NCBI GenBank assembly: GCA_026397045.1
Contig: JAPLVO010000012.1
Coordinates: 10,654 to 74,653 of the forward strand
Direction: 5' to 3'
Source of the DNA: Patescibacteria group bacterium
Lineage (GTDB): Bacteria > Patescibacteriota > Saccharimonadia > CAILAD01 > BJGX01
DNA: 64,000 bases
How positions within the stretch are numbered: position 1 is the stretch's first letter; every line of letters begins with the position of its first letter. A model generated the notes under the pieces. The model ran no database searches and was not told the DNA's origin. It was given only the letters and a program-made list of their open reading frames with translations. Position numbers and translations under genes: made by a program. Shown in pieces: positions 58,085 to 64,000 of this stretch.

Positions 58085-58765
58085 ATGATTTTACTCGACC
58101 GAGTTACCGTCATCTATCCAAATAAAACGGTGGCGCTGTCAGGCGCTTCACTACACATTCAGCCAAAAGAATTTGTTACTATCGTTGGGCCATCAGGTGC
58201 TGGCAAAAGCACGCTTATAAGGCTCCTCATCAAAGAGGAAGTGCCAACTTCTGGCAAGATAATTGTTGGTAGTATTGATTACGACACCATAGATAGATCC
58301 AATATTCCTCATTTGCGTCGTCGCATCGGAGTTGTGTTCCAGGATTTTAAGTTATTGCCCAATCTTACTGTTTATGAAAATGTATCGTTCGCGCTAGAGG
58401 TGTCGGGAGTGCGTAGCAGCGAGATAAAACGCGCTGTGCCAAAGATCCTACAGCTGGTCGGCTTGAGTGAAAAAGCCCATCACTACCCAGGCGAGATTTC
58501 TGGGGGCGAGAAACAGCGAACTGCAATTGCTCGTGCCTTGGTGCGCAATCCCAAGATTCTAATCGCCGATGAGCCGACAGGCAATCTTGATCCCAAAAAC
58601 TCCTGGGATATCATAGAGCTTTTGCTGAAGATCAATCGATTCGGTACGACCGTAGTTTTGACAACTCATAACAAAGAAATAGTCGACGCCCTTAAAAAAC
58701 GAGTCATAACCATCAATAGGGGCCGAGTGGTTAAGGATGAAAAAGTTGGGAAGTACAGCTTATGA
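58085..58765 (+). CDS. ftsE: Cell division ATP-binding protein FtsE
   Basis: GPSGAGKST, LRRRIGVVFQDFKLL, ISGGEKQR, ADEPTGNLDP. Confidence 0.95.
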   Translation: MILLDRVTVIYPNKTVALSGASLHIQPKEFVTIVGPSGAGKSTLIRLLIKEEVPTSGKIIVGSIDYDTIDRSNIPHLRRRIGVVFQDFKLLPNLTVYENVSFALEVSGVRSSEIKRAVPKILQLVGLSEKAHHYPGEISGGEKQRTAIARALVRNPKILIADEPTGNLDPKNSWDIIELLLKINRFGTTVVLTTHNKEIVDALKKRVITINRGRVVKDEKVGKYSL

Positions 58766-59676
58766 TTACATTTTGGAGGGTATTAAAGAGCGGTTTTAGA
58801 AACACTTTCAGAAATGCCTGGCTAAGTAGCGCAGCCACATTGGTGATGGCAGTAACCCTGCTTATCATGATCTTCTTCACATTTTCCATATTTTTTGTGC
58901 AAACTCAGCTCAAGGAGGTTCGCCAAAAAATCGACCTAACTCTATTTATAGCCGATGAAGCCAACGAGGATCAGATCCTATCCCTGCAGAATAAAGTTCT
59001 TCAGACCCAAGGCGTTAGCTCTGTCGAGTTTGTATCTAAAGCCGATGCCCTCAAAAAGCTCGAAAACAGCAGTGAGGAAGGTAAGAAACTCGCCAAGTCG
59101 GCTCTCGAGATAGGCAATCCCTTGCCTTCTTCCCTGGAAGTCAAATTGAATCAGCTCGATAACATCGCCGAAGTCAATAAAACAATTCGCAGCCTTCCCG
59201 AGGCCAAGATAATTAGCGAAACCAGCCTCGATAGCAGGGACGAGAATCGCCAGGGAGTGATAGAGAGTGTAATCCGTATCAGCAACGGGGTTACGCGTGT
59301 CGGCGCAGTGCTTAGTGCCGTGTTTTTACTAATCGCCTTAATGATAATATTTAACACCGTCAGAATGGCCATATTCACTCGTAGAGAAGAAATCGAAATT
59401 ATGAAGTTGGTTGGTGCCACCAAGTGGTTTATTAGGGGTCCATTTATTGTTGAGGGTTCGATGTATGGGGTGTTTGGGGCAACAGTAGCAGCTATTTCCA
59501 TTATCCCCATCAGCCGAGCAGCATCGCAGTTCTTAGTGGAAAAGTTCAACGCCGCCTCGACAGTAACATATTTTGGCAATAACTTCCTCTTAATTATTCT
59601 AGCAATGTACGGCCTCGGCATACTAATAGGGGCAATATCTAGCTGGCTGGCAATATCGAGGCATCTGAAACTCTAA
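58762..59676 (+). CDS. ftsX: Cell division permease FtsX
   Basis: RNAWLS, NPLPSS, RREEIEIMKLVGAT.WFIRGPF. Confidence 0.95.
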   Translation: MITFWRVLKSGFRNTFRNAWLSSAATLVMAVTLLIMIFFTFSIFFVQTQLKEVRQKIDLTLFIADEANEDQILSLQNKVLQTQGVSSVEFVSKADALKKLENSSEEGKKLAKSALEIGNPLPSSLEVKLNQLDNIAEVNKTIRSLPEAKIISETSLDSRDENRQGVIESVIRISNGVTRVGAVLSAVFLLIALMIIFNTVRMAIFTRREEIEIMKLVGATKWFIRGPFIVEGSMYGVFGATVAAISIIPISRAASQFLVEKFNAASTVTYFGNNFLLIILAMYGLGILIGAISSWLAISRHLKL

Positions 59677-59732
59677 AAGCTCTCGTATTTTTCAATATTA
59701 TGTGCTATAATAGTTATGTTTTAAGGAGGGTG

Positions 59733-60836
59733 ATGAAAGCAAATAAAATCAAAATAAGTATTGGTGCCTGTCTCACAATTTTTGCCTTTATGGCCTCATC
59801 ATTTGTGATACTTTCGCCACTAGTCGCCAAGGCTAGTCCTATAGATGAACAAATCGCAGCCCTCAATAAAAAGGTCCAAGAAGCCTCTGCCGTCGCGGAC
59901 AGTAAAAAATCCGAAGCCGACACCTTAAAAGGCAAGCTAGCTAGTATTGAAGCCGAAATCAGCGCGGCCCAGGAGCAGCTTAATTTGACTGCTCTGGAAA
60001 TAAAGCGCACCCAAGCCAATATCGATGAGTCTAATCGCGAAATGGAAAAGCAAAAACTTATCCTCCGCGATAATCTTAGAATGATCTACAAGAGCGGCAG
60101 TATATCGCCGATCGAAGTGGTGGCTTCCAGCAAAAACCTCAGCGACTTCGTGGCACAGCAGCAGTATTTGGACGCCATAAAGCGCAAAGTTGATGACAAC
60201 CTAAACAAAATAGAGCAACTTAAAAAAGATCTAGATGCCAAAAAGGGCCAGCTCACTGCTCAGTCTAGCGAGCAAGAGCGGACTGTAGCTGGGATTGCAG
60301 CAAAGCGATCTGAGCAACAGAGCTTGCTGGATAGGACCCAAGGCGAGGAGTCTAACTTCCGTAAAGTTATCGCCGAGGATACCGAAAAGATCAAGGGCTT
60401 AAGGCGCCAGCAGGCCGCCATAATATCCTCGTATTCGACCAATGTCCGCTATGGTGGCACTGGCGACTACAAATGGGCAAATGCGCCTTGGCCTAATGAA
60501 ACTGCTGACGACTATGGTATGTTTCGTCGCCAATGTGTTAGCTACACAGCCTGGAAGGTAGATAACTCCGGAAGCAATATGCCCAGATGGGGTGGCAGGG
60601 GCAATGCAAATCAGTGGGATGATAACGCCCGCGCAGCTGGAATACCAGTCGATGGTAATCCTAGGGTTGGCGATGTGGCCATTAATGACTCTGGGTACTA
60701 TGGGCATGCCATGTATGTCGAAGCTATTCTGGGCAATGGTAAAGTGCGAGTTAGCCAATATAATGCTGGCAACGACGGAAATTATAGCGAAAGCGATGTC
60801 GGTATTAGCAACCTACAGTTTATACACTTTCCGTAA
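59733..60836 (+). CDS. Coiled-coil CHAP-domain peptidoglycan hydrolase (PcsB/CwlO-like)
   Basis: Signal peptide, long coiled coil, RQCVSY, GNANQW, GHAMYVE, SQYN; AAGGAGG before ATG 59733; follows ftsEX. Confidence 0.92.
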   Translation: MKANKIKISIGACLTIFAFMASSFVILSPLVAKASPIDEQIAALNKKVQEASAVADSKKSEADTLKGKLASIEAEISAAQEQLNLTALEIKRTQANIDESNREMEKQKLILRDNLRMIYKSGSISPIEVVASSKNLSDFVAQQQYLDAIKRKVDDNLNKIEQLKKDLDAKKGQLTAQSSEQERTVAGIAAKRSEQQSLLDRTQGEESNFRKVIAEDTEKIKGLRRQQAAIISSYSTNVRYGGTGDYKWANAPWPNETADDYGMFRRQCVSYTAWKVDNSGSNMPRWGGRGNANQWDDNARAAGIPVDGNPRVGDVAINDSGYYGHAMYVEAILGNGKVRVSQYNAGNDGNYSESDVGISNLQFIHFP

Positions 60837-60855
60837 TTGAATTAGGTAATATAAG

Positions 60856-62097
60856 ATGATAAAAAAAACTCACCCAAAACCCAACTCAGGCTCTGATAAA
60901 AAAAATGCACCTAAAATTAGCAAGCGACTAATCGCAACGGCCTTAATTAGCTTTGGGCTGGGTGCGGTCGTTTTCTGGGGTGGTAGTCAAATACTGTCCA
61001 GAACTCCTATAGGCAAATCCCAGCTTGATACATCGTTGCTTTTTAAAGTAGAGTCGATACTTAGGCAAAAATATAATGGCGATATTGATTATCAGAAGCA
61101 GTCCGAAGGGGCTGCTGCCGGGGCAGTGGCTGCCTTGGGGGATCCCTACACTGTGTTTCTAGACAAGGAATCCAACAAGGAGCTATCAAACGACCTAAAG
61201 GGGGAGCTGTCTGGTATTGGCGTAGAGGTTGGCCAAAAAAACAATCGGCTTACTATTATTGCGCCCTTTGATGGCACTCCTGCAGATGCAGCTGGGCTGA
61301 GATCCGGCGATATTATAATTGGGATTAACGACGAAGACACCGCCAACCTTGCAGTGGATCAGGCTGTTTCGAAAATCCGAGGTGAAGCGGGTACCAAGGT
61401 AAAGCTTACTATCCTGCGCGGTAACGAGCCCCCCAAAGATTTTGAAATTACTAGAGAGCTAATTAATATTCCCAGCGTCACAAGTGAGATGAAAGATAAT
61501 AATATAGGCTATATCAAAATTAGACGCTTTGGCGAGGATACCTCAGAACAAGTTAAGATCGCAGGCAATAATCTTAAGGCTCAGGGCGCAAAAGTAATAG
61601 TCCTAGATGTTAGGGATAACCCTGGTGGCTACCTGCAATCATCTGTCGAGGTAGCTTCAGAATTTTATAGCGATGGAGTGGTTGTGGAGGAAAGATCCCG
61701 CAACTCCAAGCCCAAGATAGATAGTGCCCTGCCTGGCGGCACGCTAACCAAACTTCCCGTCATAGTACTCATTAACGGCGGGAGTGCCTCGGCTTCCGAA
61801 ATTCTTGCTGGCGCTCTAAATGATAATGACAGAGCGACTTTAGTAGGGGAAAAGACTTATGGCAAAGGTAGTGTACAGGAGGTTATTTGCCTGAATAGTC
61901 TGTTTTTATCCAGCGATTGTGATGGCCCATCACTTAAGGTCACGGTTGCCAACTGGTTCACACCAGCAGGAATTAATATCAGCAAGGAAGGGATTAAGCC
62001 CGAAGTGGAAGTCAAGCTCACCAGCGAAGACGCTAATGCAGGCCGCGATCCCCAGCTTCAAAAAGCACTAGAGCTAGCCAAACAAGCCCTAAATTAA
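60856..62097 (+). CDS. S41 family C-terminal processing protease
   Basis: LGDPYT, GIGVEV (PDZ), DVRDNPGG, SASASEI, GKGSVQ. Confidence 0.95.
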   Translation: MIKKTHPKPNSGSDKKNAPKISKRLIATALISFGLGAVVFWGGSQILSRTPIGKSQLDTSLLFKVESILRQKYNGDIDYQKQSEGAAAGAVAALGDPYTVFLDKESNKELSNDLKGELSGIGVEVGQKNNRLTIIAPFDGTPADAAGLRSGDIIIGINDEDTANLAVDQAVSKIRGEAGTKVKLTILRGNEPPKDFEITRELINIPSVTSEMKDNNIGYIKIRRFGEDTSEQVKIAGNNLKAQGAKVIVLDVRDNPGGYLQSSVEVASEFYSDGVVVEERSRNSKPKIDSALPGGTLTKLPVIVLINGGSASASEILAGALNDNDRATLVGEKTYGKGSVQEVICLNSLFLSSDCDGPSLKVTVANWFTPAGINISKEGIKPEVEVKLTSEDANAGRDPQLQKALELAKQALN

Positions 62098-62169
62098 AAA
62101 TTATTATTGACCCCACAATAGCGTAGGCGGTATGATAGTAGTAAGAATCTAATGTGAGGGGGTTATTTT

Positions 62170-63807
62170 ATGAAAACAAAACCTAAAACAAAGTATATAT
62201 TTGTTACAGGCGGCGTTATATCGGGGTTGGGTAAAGGTATTACTGCTGCATCTCTAGGCAAGTTACTCACGGCTCGGGGTCTAAAAGTAACTATGCAGAA
62301 GTGTGATCCTTATTTGAATATGGACGCCGGCACGCTAAACCCAGCAGAACATGGCGAGGTTTTCGTAACCAGCGACGGAGGAGAAACAGACCTAGATTTG
62401 GGTCACTACGAAAGATTTATCGATAGAGAATTAACTCGAAAATCCTCCACAATGAGCGGTAGGGTGTATTCTAAGGTGATAGCCGATGAGCGCAAGGGTA
62501 TGTTTTTGGGTAAAACTATTCAGATTATCCCCCATATAACTAACGAAATCATGAACCAAATAATATCATCTGGCGAGGGCAGTGATGTTCATATTGCCGA
62601 GGTTGGTGGCACGGTAGGAGATTACGAGGCGATGGCTTGGATTGAGTCGATCAGGCAGATGAAGCGTCGAGTAGGAGAAAAAAATGTTTTATATGCCCAT
62701 GTGGTGTATGTACCGTATTTGGCTGTCAGCCATGAGTTCAAGACGAAGCCAGCTCAAAACTCCGTCAGAGATCTTCGCGAGGCCGGCGTTCAGCCAGACA
62801 TTCTTTGTATACGGTCCGACGAGCCTATTAATGCAGAGGCTTTTGAAAAGATGAGCCTATATTGCGATGTCGATAAAGACGCCATAGTGGCCCTTCCAAA
62901 CGCCAAGACAGTATACGAAGTGCCACTGCGCATGGAGGAGACCGGAATTGGTAATTATATTTGCTCCCGGCTATTACTGAGCTGCATCAAGCCCAACCTT
63001 AAGGATTGGCATAAGCTGGTAGATAAAATTAAATCAAAAAAGCCACATATAAATATTGGTGTGGTCGCAAAGTACATGACCAATGAGGATACTTATCTAA
63101 GTGTATTTGAGGCAGTTCGTTCGGCAGGCTGGCACCATAACTTGGATGTAAATATTATATGGGTCGACGCCGAAAAGCTAACAGCCAGCACCAAGCCATT
63201 GGACGGTCTCGATGGTATTGTTGTGCCTGGGGGTTTTGGGAGTCGAGGGGTAGAGGGTAAAATTGCCGCCGCTCGATACGCTCGTGTTAATAGCGTGCCT
63301 TATTTGGGCCTCTGCCTTGGGATGCAAGTAGCTGTAATTGAGTTTGCAAGGCAAGTGCTAGAGGACGAGGCGGCCAACAGTAGCGAGATAGATCCAAATG
63401 CCACAAACCAAGTTATCCATATCATGCCCAACCAAGTTGGTGTTGAGCTAGGCGGCACAATGAGGCTAGGAGATTACCAGGCCAGAATCGATAAAAACTC
63501 ACGCTCTTTCTTGGCCTATGGTACCAATATTATTACCGAGCGACATCGGCATCGCTATGAGTTTAACAATCAATATTCCGACCAGCTTAAAAAGGCTGGC
63601 CTAGTTATTGCCGCGACATCCCCAGATGGCAAGCTGGTAGAAATAATAGAGCATCAAAACCATCCATTTTTTGTGGCTTCGCAGTTTCACCCAGAATATA
63701 AATCTCGACCAAATCGCCCCCATCCACTATTTAGAGACTTCGTTCAAGCTATCAAACACAATAATGCTAATAAATTAAACTTAAGCTATGCCAATAAAAA
63801 AGCCTAG
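62170..63807 (+). CDS. pyrG: CTP synthase
   Basis: FVTGGVISGLGKG, DLDLGHYERF, PGGFG, GLCLGMQ, QFHPE. Confidence 0.98.
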   Translation: MKTKPKTKYIFVTGGVISGLGKGITAASLGKLLTARGLKVTMQKCDPYLNMDAGTLNPAEHGEVFVTSDGGETDLDLGHYERFIDRELTRKSSTMSGRVYSKVIADERKGMFLGKTIQIIPHITNEIMNQIISSGEGSDVHIAEVGGTVGDYEAMAWIESIRQMKRRVGEKNVLYAHVVYVPYLAVSHEFKTKPAQNSVRDLREAGVQPDILCIRSDEPINAEAFEKMSLYCDVDKDAIVALPNAKTVYEVPLRMEETGIGNYICSRLLLSCIKPNLKDWHKLVDKIKSKKPHINIGVVAKYMTNEDTYLSVFEAVRSAGWHHNLDVNIIWVDAEKLTASTKPLDGLDGIVVPGGFGSRGVEGKIAAARYARVNSVPYLGLCLGMQVAVIEFARQVLEDEAANSSEIDPNATNQVIHIMPNQVGVELGGTMRLGDYQARIDKNSRSFLAYGTNIITERHRHRYEFNNQYSDQLKKAGLVIAATSPDGKLVEIIEHQNHPFFVASQFHPEYKSRPNRPHPLFRDFVQAIKHNNANKLNLSYANKKA

Positions 63808-64000
63808 AGTCGCTATTGTTGATGGCCACCACGAACTATCGCTAGCCTATAAAAGTAGGCTAGCGATAGAGGGGTACGACTCAATTATTTTCAATACTGG
63901 CGAAAGCGCCCTAAGCTATGTCCGAGATGTACCAGTCGAGCTAGTGTTAATGGAGATAGATCTGGTTGATATGTCTGGCCTGGATGTTATAGATATATTC
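63788..64000 (+). CDS. Response-regulator receiver-like protein, atypical, 3'-truncated (not in the ORF track)
   Basis: MPIKKPRVAIVDGHHELSLAYKSRLAIEGYDSIIFNTGESALSYVRDVPVELVLMEIDLVDMSGLDVIDIF follows the receiver pattern; open to the window end. Confidence 0.8.
   Translation, partial: MPIKKPRVAIVDGHHELSLAYKSRLAIEGYDSIIFNTGESALSYVRDVPVELVLMEIDLVDMSGLDVIDIF

Noticed and set aside
62100-62169. pyrG reiterative-transcription attenuator
   Set aside because: A promoter (TTGACC-17-TATGAT) is present, but there is no GGGC start or leader terminator.
1-64000. TGA-to-Gly recoding (code 25)
   Set aside because: Conserved genes end at TGA (dgkA, ileS, prfA, uppS, mrdA, ftsE), are full length under code 11, and RF2 is present.

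Overview
This window is mostly core chromosome from a small-genome bacterium. Gene content points to Patescibacteria (CPR), probably Saccharibacteria-like: class I LysRS, type-2 IleRS, short EF-Ts, no pyrH between tsf and frr, ftsA-ftsZ-nrdR, and an LPxTG surface protein. That assignment is an inference. The genetic code is 11 (TGA is used as stop and RF2 is present). Housekeeping blocks cover translation, division and elongation, partitioning and secretion. I saw no tRNA, rRNA, CRISPR array or transposase. The most interesting items are: (1) a ~9.5 kb accessory block between secA and prfB, holding a small acidic protein, a 1735-aa protein with a glycine-rich hydrophobic hairpin and a C-terminal GT-A glycosyltransferase domain, two GC-rich membrane genes flanked by stacked hairpins, and an LPETG protein; (2) a heliorhodopsin with Phe at the conserved TM1 His position, coupled to an APC permease; (3) an Rpf-type transglycosylase behind a perfect promoter and an unrecognised two-hairpin leader; (4) an atypical T-box leader before ileS; (5) a pervasive leaderless-type architecture, with a -10 hexamer 6-9 nt before ATG and no SD, in about 14 core genes; (6) a terminator inside the typA leader. 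All calls come from reading motifs by eye; no database searches were run.
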